A stretch of DNA of 64,000 bases from NCBI GenBank assembly GCA_024704765.1, contig JAKMXF010000099.1, forward strand, positions 258,432-322,431, read 5' to 3'. The notes below the pieces were generated by a model. That model was not told the DNA's origin and made no database searches. It worked only from the letters and a program-made list of their open reading frames with translations. The DNA comes from Oopsacas minuta. Taxonomy: Eukaryota > Animalia > Porifera. Position numbers and translations under genes: made by a program. Of this stretch, positions 13,401 to 26,765 are shown in pieces. How positions within the stretch are numbered: the first letter of the stretch is position 1; each line of letters starts with the position of its first letter.

Positions 13401-14169
13401 TTGTAATCAGCTGAACTAGGTAAATTATTCACCGTCACTTTCCGTAGTCTACACATTGATTTGTGAAATTACACTATACCAGTTATTCTGACTCATTATC
13501 AAATGTGACAATCTATTCCTTAATTTATACTTCTAAATCTATCATTTCACTCACCTCGATGACATTCAAAATTGTTGTTGTCAGCTGAACAATCTCAATT
13601 ATTCATAGTCAGTTTCAGTTTCCTTAACATAGAATTGTGAATGTACACTATACAACTTATTGTGATTCAATTTTAAATGTCATATTAAATTCCATAATAT
13701 ATGTTCTATAGCATAGGATTTCACTCACTTTGTTTACAACTAAAGTTGTTGTGATCAGATGAACTACGTAAATTATTCACACTCTGTTTCAGTATTCTAC
13801 ACATATAATTGTGAAAGTACACTATACAAAATATTGTGACTCAATTTCAAATGTCACAACAAATTCTTAATAACATTTCTAAACACATGATTTCACTCAC
13901 TTTGATTACAAACAAAGTTGTTGTGATCAGCTGAACAAGGTAAATTATTCCCTATCAGTTTCCAGATTCTACACATAGAATTGTGAAAGTACACTATACA
14001 AAGTATTCTGACTCAATTTCAAATGTCACCACAAATTCCTGATTATAAGGTTGAAAACATAGGGTTTCTGTCACTTTGACTAGCATCAAAGAAGTTGTGA
14101 TCAGGTGGACTAGGTATTTAATTCACAGTCAGTTTCAGAATTCTACACTTGGTTGTTGAAAGTACACTA
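10499..14169 (+). repeat. ~174-bp satellite, block 2, containing an inverted segment at ~12208-13230
   Basis: The CTACACATAG anchor recurs at ~10518, 10691, 10865, 11039, 11213, 11385, 11559, 11734, 11908 and 12080 (period 172-175 bp). Confidence 0.95.
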
Positions 14170-17100
14170 CACAGTGTGGCAAAATGGCCATTTTGGGAAA
14201 TAGGTGAATGAATCTGTCTTATCACCACAATTATACTTACATATACTACATCGACACTGTAGATTTCAGCAATACCAACGATTTTTAGTAGCATGACTAT
14301 AAACTTAGTTATAACGTAATTGCTGACATATTCTAATTTTTAACATTTGTGGTTCATTAGTGAGGATATTATGAAAATTGATAATACATGCATGTCATGG
14401 TCTCTATTCTGCTATTTGATAACATACAATTTAAAGACCCTTAATTACGTATGACTATTGGATATACTTATTATCATAAATCATCTGATAGTATACTATT
14501 ATATGATATCTCTTGGAGGCTATTTGAAACGTCTCTTTTCTTCTTTGCGTGCATCAAACGATTCTGTACTAAGATGGGGTCACTACAACACAACAACCTG
14601 ACCAAAATATCTCTACCATTACCTGTGAAAGAAATTTTTCTTGCAAGATTCTCCCGATACCGCCTTACAAATTTATTGCAGGATTCTAAACATTCCTCAG
14701 AGAGATTCTGTAATCCCTTACCATTATTGTAAGCATCTTTTAACTGAAACGAATGGGCAAGTAACTTGTGCAAGGATAGAGTGATGCTTGCCCATTGGTA
14801 CTCAACTAGAATAATTTCGTACGTTTCTTTGAACAATTCTTGCATTTTGTCACAGTTAATCAAGTCACCACTGTTGTGGGGTCTTAACAAAACAGATAGA
14901 TTTCTCTGGATCTTCTCTGATGATATTTTATCTGAAGGATTAATGGAAGAAGTGGCCCACGTCAAAAAGTCTCTCTTATTTAAAAAGCAGTCTCGCGCAA
15001 TGTTACCAGTGGTTAAAGTGCCGCCCTGGCTTGAAGGGATATCGATACTGAAATTACATCTTTCCTGGAGTATAGCTCGAACCCGTTTCATGGAAGAATT
15101 TACTTTCGAATTTGATGGCGCCCATACCTTGTGTCCTGCATCAAGATGGTATATCAACAGCATAAACTACCTGAATACACAAAGGTAAGCATGCAAAAGA
15201 GACGCAATTATAATATCGATGTTAGAAGTTGATTGATGCGTAATACCAACACGCTGATTTGATGGGAGTTTCAAGTAATCTTCTTCATCAACCTCTTCAA
15301 AAAGTTGCCGAGCGTCGCTAATTAATCTGTTAATAGGGAAACCAGAATGGGCCCATTCTAAACTTTTAATTTGGCTATCCGTTGCAGTACACAGATAACA
15401 AGAAGCCCCGCCAGCTCCATCCAGCAATCCTGCCATCTTGGTATCAAAAAGGGAACGGACTATCTCGACCTGTGCATGGCCTCCAATAAGAGATAACCCA
15501 TCCTGTATGCTATGGTCAGTTTGAGGATTGACTATTGTATTCATGATAAGCTTTACACTAGAATAATCTTCCTTCAAAGCTATCAGTGCTACTGGCCTAA
15601 AGCAGATCGGAGAGTTGGATGAGCTGTTATAGAACAGGTCATTTCCAAGTGTGTCTGTAATTGATATTACTTTGAATCCGAACAAAATGAAAGTTTTTGT
15701 GCTTAATACAGAATTGTTGCTTTGTTGGTTATAGGTTTGATGACAACCGGAGCCATCCAATCCATTAGATATCTTAATTTTTAGTGGGTAGTGTGAATCA
15801 GGAACTGGGTCTAATGTTGAAAGCAAGCGAAGAATGGTCAGACTAAGGATGGAATGATAAGAGACGCAAGTCCCAATTGACAATGCTTCGGGGTCTCTAG
15901 CTATTTCCATTTCATTTATTAGGCTTATTTCCCTACGATATTGCGAGACAAGCTTATAGGAAGGAAGTTTAACATCACCTTTGAGAATTCTTTGCAGATT
16001 CGTGTATTTACTCGCCCCAATTTCTAAGCTGTTCAATATATAAGCACATTTAGAGATTTGTACTTTGTTCAATACACCGCTAAAACATCCCTTATCAATT
16101 ATTTCTTTGCACATGTCTGAAGTATCACGGTCATAGGATTTATTTGAGACTAATTCTAACGCTAGAGTGAGTAGTTGTTTAGGCTCAATCTTTTCTCTCT
16201 CTGCAAAAAAGTCCACATGCTCTAAAAGAACACCGAGTTTCGATCTGGAAGTCTTCATGTGACATTCGAGAATATGCTTCCGGGATTCAGTTACAATCTG
16301 TTCTGAAAAGTTTCGATTTTCAGAATCAGTGACTAAAGAAGAAAATTCAGGATCAAGCGATAATCTCTTTCTCGGATTGGATATTGTTAGATGAGTAGAG
16401 TGGAAAATCATGTTATCCCATGTTTCAAGATCCTTCCTGCAGTAAGCCTCTCTGGATGTTAGAAGTGATTTCAATTCTAAATGGAGAGTAGCAGTTTCTT
16501 CATCGGATAAATGGTTGTTCTCAATAACTTTCCTAACAGAGACTGTAACACATCTTCCATTCGAAATATACAAACTATATGCCTCATTGTTCGTGATACA
16601 GTACAGACATGATCCGCAAAAGGGCTACTTTAACATAGAAACATTATGATAAATGATTGTAGGGTATTGGAATAACTAATAACGAGCAAAATATGGAATT
16701 TTACTGAAAAATTTTAAACATTTGAAAAATATATTTTTCGGATTTTTGTCCGGTCCGGACAATGAATGACATGATAAATTTTTGGGCAGCTTTTGGCAAG
16801 CCTGGAAAGTGATTAAATAGTTGACTAAATATAGTAACATTATGTATATTTTAATAACGTTTTGACAAATTTGTCAAACAAGAGATGCTACACTTCATTC
16901 AATGAGAAAAAATTCCAAATTATAATTTGGGAGGTCTAAACTAGACACCTGGACAAAAGTACAAATGAATATCTAGACTAACCTATCAATGATTAAATTG
17001 TTGTTACAATAAAGATTTATTATCAGAAGATGTTTTTCACTCTTATATTTAGTGTTTACATCAAATATGATTGCATACATTAAGGCATAGGAATTTGCGG

Positions 17101-17279
17101 TTTGAAAATATATATTTCTGTTATTAGAAACACATAACAAAGTTGTGCGTAGTTAGGATTGCTAACTGCTTCTAATGCTGCTAATGATATTTTCGTACTA
17201 ATTGAACTATGGAGAATTCAAAAAGGCATTAAAATATGTTTTTTTAAATATACCTATTTCTCCATATTGCCACACTGTG
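14170..17279 (-). mobile_element. Transib/RAG1-like transposon, complete ends
   Basis: CACAGTG at 14170-14176 and CACTGTG at 17273-17279. TIR CACAGTGTGGCAA(A/T)ATGG. Perfect 5-bp TSD CACTA at 14165-14169 and 17280-17284; removing the element restores the satellite. Confidence 0.95.
14474..16624 (-). pseudogene. RAG1-core-like/Transib transposase with one internal stop (TAG at 15167-15169)
   Basis: ORFs 15167-16573 and 14474-15163 are in the same frame. Equivalents of RAG1 catalytic and zinc residues: GLDGSG (D600), LFDTKM (D708), SCYLC (C727/C730), LHAY, LHKLLAH (H937/H942), SEECLESCNKFVRRYRE (E962) and C-terminal SDP. Confidence 0.9.
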
Positions 17280-18115
17280 CACTATACAAAGTATTTTCAG
17301 TCAATTTCAAATGTACCAACATATTACCTGATATATAGTTCAAATCATAGCATTTCACTCACTATGATTTAAAAAAAATTAGTTGAGATCAGTTGAACTA
17401 TGTCTATAATTACAGTTAGTTTCAGAATTCTACACATAGAATTTTGAAAGTACACTATACAAAATATTGTCACTCAATTTCAAATGTTTACAACATATTC
17501 CGTAATATATAGGTCAAAACATAGCATTTGACTCAATTTGAATAGTATGAGATTACAAATGATTACCTGAACTATGTAAGTGTTTCACAGTCAGTTTCAG
17601 AATTCTACACATAGAATTTGAAAGTACACTATACAAAGTATTGTCACTCAATTTCAAATGTCACAACATTTTCCGTAGTATATAGGTCAAAACATAGCAT
17701 TTTACTGTATTTGTATAGTGTAGTATTTCAGTGATTACTATTTGATATTTGAAATTGACTGACAACAATTTTATTGCTTGCTTTCACATTTTTAAGTTTG
17801 CTAAATGCGTATCTAGTTATCAAAACATTTGTTTAGATCAGAATTGAGTGATACATTATTAATACTAATGTATTGCAGTGAATGTGTGTTGACATTTGAA
17901 ATATAAAGACAACAATTTTAATTGTTTAGTTTCACATTACCAAGTTTGGGAAATGTGAAACTAAGTCTCAAAACATTTGTATAGATCATTATTGAGTAAA
18001 ATATTTTGTATTGTATAGTATTTCAGTGGATATTATTGGACATTTGAAATTGACTGACTGCAATTTCTATTGTTTAGTTTCACATTTTCAACTTGGCGAA
18101 AAGTGTAACTAACTA
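17280..18115. repeat. Satellite block 3, with the polarity switch at ~17710
   Basis: Plus-oriented units up to ~17710, then reverse-complement units (GACATTTGAAATTGACTGAC...TTTAGTTTCACA). Confidence 0.85.
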
Positions 18116-19451
18116 CAGTCTGTTACATATATATTTAGAATTTTGTTATTTGATGAGGAATAACTGAAATACCAGATATTCGGAAAATCATCACTTTATT
18201 GTGTGAATAAATAATTCATAATCAATTTTTAATGGGATATCCATCGTTATCAACAGCCATTTGGCACCTTCGTGTCATGGATTCCCAGTGAACTCGCAAT
18301 AATGTAGGATCGATTCGATCCCATAAGGCTTCTAACTTTTCTTTAGTTCTGGAATGCTCCTAGGGCCGTTTAATCAGCTCCTGCTTAACCCATCCAAATA
18401 TATTTCGATAGGGTTGAGGTCTGGACTTTGTGAAGGCCAAGGAATTTGTTTGGGGACATTCTGTGAGAGCCAAACCTTGACCTTCCATGAGGTGTGTTTA
18501 GGATCATTATCCATGACCAATCGCCAATTATTTTCACGGAATACATTTGCCTGTGCTATCAAATGACCCTCCATCATCTGTAAGAACAAGTTACTATCCA
18601 CATTCTGTGTAAAATGCACAGTGGAAATGTGCCCATGGATGAAAAGCAGCCCACGCGTGAATCTTGAGGACATGTTTGGTTGTTGGAGCGAATCTTTTTT
18701 GTTGGATTTGTCCACATCCTAATTCTCACTCTAGATAACCACATCGACATCTCGTCAAGGAATACAGTGTTTGCCCATTCCTTTTTAGGATACTTGTGCT
18801 TCTTGGCCCATCTTATGCGCTTCAAATGGTTCTTTTCGCTAAGCATGTGGGTTTTAGTTGGATAGGGTTTGGTGTAAGACTGGTCTTTCAACATGCGTCG
18901 TATGTCTGTAGGATGTCTTGTAAGGAGCCCGACTTGTTAGTGTTCGAAGGGATAAGCAGGATTTACCTTCTCACCCGTTGTATGACCGAGTGCTTGACAG
19001 CGGATCGTAAGATATTGGGCCTTCCTGCTCCCTTTGGTGAGAGATCTCTCCACCAGCATCCAACCGGGGCCTTTACATTGTAGACCGTCGCCAAAGAGAT
19101 TCCAACATTTTAGGAAATTTGTTTGGGACTGAGCTGTATTGATTGTATAAGGTCTTTATCATTTCTCTCTTCATAATTTGAGTCATTATCAGCTCTATTA
19201 TTGAAGTGACTGTAAAAATACAATCATATTATTAATTAAAGGTGAAAATTACGATAAATGACGTCATACATTTTTGTACACGACTCACAAAACTCCAAAA
19301 TGAAAGTCGTTTAAGCAAATATCGTTAGACATTGGTAGAAATAGGTAAACTTTGTAATACATCAATCAGAAGCATGATATTGGAATATACTTCAGAGTTA
19401 TGTGGGTTTACAATAACGATCCCCAATTCCAAATGATTATGTAACAGACTG
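18116..19451 (-). mobile_element. Tc1 (DD34E) transposon, defective, copy A
   Basis: TA|CAGTCTGTTAC...GTAACAGACTG|TA. Motifs FLDEMSMW, MDNDPKH and WPSQSPDLNPIE with 34-residue spacing. Frameshifted. Confidence 0.92.
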
Positions 19452-20397
19452 TATCAACACATTTGTATTGATCAGTAGTGAGTGAAATCTTTTGCATAGT
19501 TAAGTACTTCTGTGACTAATCTTTGACGTTTGAAATTGATTGACATCAATTTCTATTGTTTAGTTTCACATTTTCAAGGTTGTGAAATGTGAAACTAATT
19601 CTCAAAACATTTGTATTGGTCAGTATTGTGTGAAATATTGTATAGTAATGTATTGCAGTGATTATTTGTTGACATTTGAAATGGGCTAACAGCAATTTCT
19701 ATTTATTAGTTTCACATTCTCAACTTGGCAAAATGTGAAACTAACCCTAAAACGCTTGTATAGATCAGTATTGAGTGAATGTTTTGTATAGGAAAGTTTT
19801 CAATGATTATGCGGAGACTTGAAATTGATTGACAACAATTTCAATTGTTTAGTTTCACAATTTCTATACAGCGATAAAGCAAAGCGACTCTCAAAACTTT
19901 GTATAGTTAAGTATTTCACTTCACAAGTGTGCCATTTGATTTTGTGTGAAAAGTTATGTTTAGTAAAGTATTGCAGTGATTATGTGTTGACATTTGAAAT
20001 AGTCGGACAAAACTGAAAAGCTCAGTATATCACTTCACCTGTGTCGCATTTTGAAATTGAGTGACAAAACCTTACTTTGTTAGTTTCACAATTTCTATGT
20101 TTGGAAATGTGAAACTGAATATAATTCATTATATAGCTCAGTATTTGACTTCACATGTGTTGTAATGGGAAATTGACTGAAAACTTTTGTATAATTCAGT
20201 ATTGCAGTGAATATGTGTTGACATTTGAAATTGCCTGACAAAACCTTTTACTACTTACATAGTTTCACAATTTCGAATTTTCGAAATGTGAAACAGACTT
20301 TCAAAAAACTTTCTATAACTATGTATTCCACCTCATATGTGTCTCGATTTAAAATTGAGCTAAAAAGGTTCGTTCATTCCAGTATTGCAGTGTATAT
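19452..20397 (-). repeat. Satellite block 4
   Basis: Reverse-oriented units continuing across the Tc1 insertion. Confidence 0.85.
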
Positions 20398-23300
20398 TGG
20401 GCGGATCGAGAAAAGTATAAATTGTCGCTTCAACTTCTACCTAAGGGAAAAGTTGTCTTTATCATTTTCTAGGATAATGCGAGGCTTATATTTGAAAATA
20501 TTTCAATTTGACCCTTTCGGTTTTATATTTTTGCTGTGTCACTTTCGAAAAATTGATTTATATTGTCCGAATTTTCAAATTCCTTTGACTTCCCTCCTTT
20601 ATAAATATTATTTGGTAATAGTAAGTCGCATATCTGCAATTGAATGGTGTATTAATCGAATTTCTATCTCCAAGGATACTCAAGTTATCAAGATTTCGTT
20701 TGCATACTCTATCATACCCTAATAATATTACCCACCCACCCCTTTTTCTGATTATTTGAAAATTCTATAATTCTAGTAAAACTAGCTATATAATCGCCAA
20801 ATTTAGTATATTTCTGTGTCTAGATCCTAATTCATCAATATGTCACCACAAAGAAATTTTAACAACATTCCTTATCTCTTGTACTTAACTTAGCTATCAC
20901 ATATCTAGCATGGAATTCATGGTCAATTATGGTATCTATATCAATACTCGATCAAATCATTCATATTATTGAGTGATTATATTCCTAGAATGTATTTATC
21001 CTTGAAATGGCAGAAAATACGCGTAGTAAAGTATTAGATCCTATTTTTGGTTATCCAGGACCCATTACCAGAAAATCAACTTCCAACAAAACTAGATCTA
21101 TGCAATCATTATAAAATGCTTAGAAATATAGATTCTAAATCAAATAGAGATGATAGAGCGAAATAATTAACTGAAGTGTTAGTGCGTATCTATAATTTGG
21201 CTTCCATACCCACCATATCAGAGCTCAAAATAAACAGTAATCATTTGTGATATTATTGAGAGAGCATAATAGTACGGAAAAGTATGCAAAAACAAACAAC
21301 AGCCTGACTGTATACAGCCTATTATTTCCGAATTCAATGTTTTGTACGATGTCTCAAGTTGCAAATGCCTATTTCAGGAATGTAAATGTTTTTGCTCTCT
21401 CGATAAAAAGATACCACTGCATCAGTGGTCATTTCACTTTGATCAGCGAAACGCTCGAAAATGATCTATTTCCAGCTTGGATTGCATGACAACCTATAAA
21501 AATATGTTAAACAAAAAAAAGAGGCACAATATGAAAGAGAAGAAAGGGAAATGAAGAGATTGCACGCTGTTCAACCTTCGCAAGAATTTATAGAGTGTGA
21601 CTTTGAAGAGTTCGAAACTTCTTGACTCGAGCATATCTAATACTCACAAGTATACACATAATCATATTCAATTACGAAATTTAGCCATAATGTGTGATAG
21701 ATATCAAATTAGCGATCGGGCAGGCGCAGCTATAGCTACCCCAGTACTGCAGGATTACGGTATTATCACACCGGAAGATACTCAAATTATTGATAGAAAC
21801 AAACTCTGTAGATCTAGATTCTCTGTGAGAAAGGAATTGACTAATGAGGCTCACGAAACTATCAATGATATATCTGCAATATACTTTGATGGCCGTAAAG
21901 ATCAAACTCGAGTACTAGTAGAAAGAGAAGATGAACATTTGCATCAGGATACAGCAAATGAAGAACATACTGTCTTATCTGAACCCCGGAATCAGTGTGT
22001 TGCCCATGTAACACCAAGTTCTGGTAAAGCCAAAAACATAGCAAGGGAATTGACTGATCTTGGCAGGGAGCGTAATTCATCGAATTAAATGGCGGTTGGA
22101 GCTGATGGAGCTCGGGTTAACACTGGAATCTACAATGGGCGTATTAGATTACTTGAACTAGAACTCACAAAGCCACTCCACTAGTATATTTGCCATTTAC
22201 ATGGTAATGAACTTCCAATGAGGCATTTCTTCCAATAATAGATGGAAAAACCAGTGGACCCAGGGCCGGATTAGCAGCCTATTCGGCCTGGAGCTGAATA
22301 ATTTTGATGGGCCTAGGTAGGCCCATCAAAATTATTAAGCCACCTACCCCTATCATACAATTGTATAAATAACAAAACAACTTTAATGTATTTTGTAGCT
22401 AAGATATTTTAAATATTTTATAGTGTTACTTGACGTGCTTTTCGATATGCGAAATCTCTAATCGCAGACTGCACATCGATTTCTTGCAAAAGTTCATTTT
22501 CTATACACAGAAGAGAAAGCGCATTCAAACGATTCTGGCCCATAGTGGACCGCAGTTCCTTCTTTGTCCTTTTAATGTTGAAAAAGATCGTTCCCCGCTG
22601 TAGTTAGTGAGCATTAAAGATAAATATATTCGTAGTGTAATTAACATATTCGGAAAGGTTGTGTCTAGTGCATTTCTAGTAATCAACTTGAACATTTGGA
22701 AATCTCTAATCTGCTTTGTGTCTTCAGTTTTAGAAGAATCTGAAGAAATATATCTATTCCAGAAAGCAGAAAACTGTACTATTTCATCTACATAGCCAGG
22801 TTCAAGGTCGTCTGAGTATATATTAACTAAATCATTTGCTTTGTCACGCATCTGATCAGAGAGTAAAGAATTCAATTCTGATAAAAGTCCAAACCTGTCC
22901 CTGATGACACAATATGCCGCCTGTCTTTGATTCAAAGCTGCCACTAGTTTATCAATAATTGGAATGAAATTTGTTACCATGAATTCATTTGATGGAGAAA
23001 GTTCAGCATCTTCAGTATCACCATAGTCAAATTTCTTATTTCGCTTACGCTTTCTTCGATGTTCTTTGGAGTACGTTGCACAGTGATAAAGAACCTTACT
23101 TCGATGCTCAAACTCCATAAACTGAGAACGTAGTGAATGTACAAATTCTTTCAATGATTCTAACAACTTTGTGGCTGTATTCAAATCTAAACTTGCATCT
23201 TGAAGACATTTGCTAGTTTTATTAAACCTAATCAATACTGTAGACCAAATTTGTAACATTATTCCTGTTTCTAAACGATTCATTATTGCAGCAAGTCCTT

Positions 23301-26300
23301 TTGCCTCCAAACGTGTCACAGGTTTCTCAAATTTATCTTTGCACATTAGTACAAGTACTTTTCAATATTTGTATAACCTTGTAGTAGGCATCTACCGCAT
23401 CATGGTGTGCAGACCATCGTGTGTCTGAAAGTCTTTTCAAAGTTGGTATCCAAACTTCTTGAAGGCATCAAGAAGGAGATCCCATCTATGAGTAGAGGCA
23501 GAGAAAAACACATACAACTTTTGTACAAAATAGAAAATTGAGACTGCAGCTGGACAACATTCTACAGCACTTTGTCCGATAAGATTGAGGAAATGTGGAC
23601 AACATGGAATGAACTCAGCCAACTTATTCTTTTCATGAATCAAAGCCTGCATGCCGTTATACTTTCCGCTCATGTTTGATGCGTTGTCATATGTTTGAAC
23701 TCGAAAATCTTTAATGGAAACATTATTTTCTTCCAAAAAACTGAAAAGTACTTTTGCTAAATGTACGCCAGTATGTCCATATAATGGAATGAATCTAATA
23801 AATCGTTCTACTGGACCTCTTGGTAATACATAGCGAATTATTAGTGTTAGTTGGTCAGTGTGCGAAATGTCCGCCGTGGAGTCCACACTAATAGAATAGT
23901 ACTTAACAGTTTTGATTTCTGGTATAATCTGCCCAAGAACCTTTGTCCAACTACTTGGATAAATTCATCGTATAATGTTGATGATAAGTATGATATGTGG
24001 CCTCGCCCTTGTTTGCACGTATCTGAATGTGTTCTGCAAGGAATGCAACGTACTCAGCTATTAACTCGAGACAACCCAAATAATTACCATTATTCACAGA
24101 TCCTACTATCTCATCACTCCCACGAAATGAAAGACCTCCTGAAGAAAGCATTTTAATCAAACTTAAAGTTCTCTGGAGAACTTGATGCCAATACTTATTT
24201 TCAGACTCATATTGCTCAATTAAACTTTCATCTATATGTCCACCAGTCATTCTTCGCAAATAAGCATTTCAATAGATATTTTATGCAACTAACTGTCTTC
24301 ATGGCGAAGTAAATCTCTGGAGGCATGCTTCCAATCTGAATAACCATTTGTTGCTAACTATGAAGTTTCGTTTGGTGTTGTAATAGCATGCAGATTGCGC
24401 AATACAACTTCACAGATTCTACCGAATAGCAAAGCCAGTCACGTTGAAACTTCTCACCGTTTAACTGGTCACGATAATAGAGTGACTTGGTATATCGTCA
24501 CGTAAAGGTTTCACTAGGAAATGTCCTCTCGGAGGCACTAAAGTCGCTATCCATGTGCTGACAACCAGTAAACTCCTTTTGACAAAATACTCGCGTAAAC
24601 CATCAGACATTTCCATTTTCCTACATCATTAGAGAATAATTCTTCTTGAAGGTAATTAAAGTTCAAACTTTCAGTTTCATAAAGCATATTGCAATCAGAT
24701 AAAACAGATAGAGATTGTGCTAATCCAAGGTAAAGAGGTTCATTATTCACGATTTCAATGCAACGTTTGCCATCTCCAGTTACATTAGCAATTGTGGATA
24801 CTACTGCATTTTCATCGGGGTTTTTCGTAGAGCAAAACTGTCATTTTTCTGGTACATTCTAAATTTTATGTAGTTTTCTTTCTTCTTCAGACTTAGCCTT
24901 TGCTTTGTCCTAACCACTACGACATTTTTTCATCTTCCTTTTTCTTGATATATCAAAAATGAAATAGTAAGGAAAGCTTCAAGCTGGGCAAACACAAATA
25001 TAATCGAAAGCTACATATGATGCAATGAAGTAACAAGTAAGCTATAAATACAAAGTACGCTTGGACTTAGCGGATATTATTAAATTGCTCTGTGATAATC
25101 TTAGAAAATATAATTTGATATAAGAAAACATAAAGTAATGATTACTGACAAAATTTAATTTCACGATGGTAACATAGACTATTGATCAACGATCAAAATT
25201 AATATGACAATGTTGAGTCATAAACACATCTACATAAATCATTGCCATCCTCAAAAAATAGTGAACTTAGCCTGGTATGAGAATTCGTCATGGATCAACT
25301 AAAGACTTCTTATGAAATCCGGGTGCTTCTAGGGTCAACAAAACTAACTCTTGGCTATGTCTATACGGCCTATGGCACCAACCAGCTGGGCCTATTTTAT
25401 AATGGGCCAGGGGCTGCAGCCCCATCAGCCCCGCCTTAATCCGCCCTGAGTGGACCCAATTCTTTAAAGGAGTAATTGGTAAAGAACTTAATTGTAATTT
25501 TACTTGCAAACCAATTGCAGGGTATCATTCTTTATGGTGTAAACTTAACTTATTGATTGTGATATTCTCAAGAATTTAAATAAAGATCAGAAATATCTAT
25601 ATATATCTGTCATGCAGTTCAGACTGGTATTTGCTTATCTGAACTGGCATCGATGCAACCTGTCCTATACATCATGGTAGATGGACAACACTGGCCAACA
25701 GATTATTTAGGTCGTACATATCTATGATACATCCCACGCCTGAATTATCCCGAATTGTCAATTATTATGCACCAGTTTGGTTTAAAATCAGAGTAACCCA
25801 ATTTGCACAGATGGACCAAAAAGATATTTTGCGATGTCTTTGCTGCGAGATCTATCGGAGTCTGACCAAGAAGTAATTTGCCATCTGATACAGAGAAACT
25901 CATATTTATGTCATCCAGAAAATCCCCTGTTATCGATACCGCTAGATAAAGAAGAACTAATTAGATAAAAGGTAATGAAGACAATTTTAGATGACCGGAT
26001 TGAAAGTTCATCAATTAGACAGATTGAAATTCGCCCATTTAATCTTCCTTCAATAAGGTTCAGTGCTGAAATATGTGTGGATATGATTGATTGGGAAACC
26101 TCTTTTATAACAGAACCGCCTTCTACAAGATACTTCTCAAAAGAAGTACTAATTAATTGTGTACGTGCTCCATTAGAAATTCCAGCATATCCACGCCATA
26201 CACAAGCTGTTGAAAGAACTATTCAATCAGTCGCTAAAAGTTCGTGTTCGGTAGCAGGAGAAGACGCGAGACGTGGATGAACTCTTTCCCCTAACATCAA

Positions 26301-26765
26301 GAGAAAAATGTCCGCATTTGAGTCAAAGTAAGATTATGCATGTTAAATATGGTTGATATAACATAATTGAATCATATACTACGATAGATAAAAAAGCTAA
26401 TAATTTTCAAATAATCGGAAAAAATGAGGGATGGGTAATAATATTAGGGTATGATAGAATATGCAAAAAAATCTTGATAATTTAAGTATCCTTGGACATA
26501 GAAATTCGATTAAGACACCATTCAATATCAAATATGCGACTTATTACCAAATATATATATAAAGGGGCTAGTCAAAAAAATTTGAAAATTCGGACAATAT
26601 AAAATCAATTTTGCGAAAGTGACACAGCAAAAATATAAAACCGCAAGGGTCAAATCGAAATATTTTTCAAATTTACGTCTCGCATTGTCCTAGAAACTGG
26701 TAAAGGTAACTTTTCCCTTAGGTAGAAGTTGAAACGAAGATTTATACTTTTCTCGATCCTGCCTA
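20398..26765 (+). mobile_element. hAT-related (hATm-like) transposon with ~370-bp TIRs, interrupted by a nested hAT
   Basis: 8-bp TSD GTGTATAT at 20390-20397 and 26766-26773, and long imperfect TIRs. Degenerate transposase from ~21007 with IYFDGRKDQT, GADGARVNTG, ICHLHGNELPMRH, (after the insertion) TEPP and HTQAVERTIQSV. The subgroup name is inferred from motif memory. Confidence 0.75.
22261..25448 (-). mobile_element. hAT transposon (Tip100/ZMYM1-like), nested
   Basis: TIR CAGGGC(C)GGATTA. Perfect 8-bp TSD AGTGGACC at 22253-22260 and 25449-25456. Frameshifted transposase (~22525-24900) with FRGSDE..NNGNY, DSTADISHTDQL, QTYDNASNMSG, PCCPHFLNL and ERSFSTLK. Confidence 0.92.

Noticed and set aside
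10499-14169. CRISPR-like array
   Set aside because: Whole units are degenerate tandem copies with no unique spacers, there are no cas genes, and the context is eukaryotic.
14177-17272. A RAG2-like partner gene inside the RAG1-like element
   Set aside because: Only ~300 bp lie downstream of the transposase and ~650 AT-rich bp upstream. No kelch-like or PHD ORF is visible.
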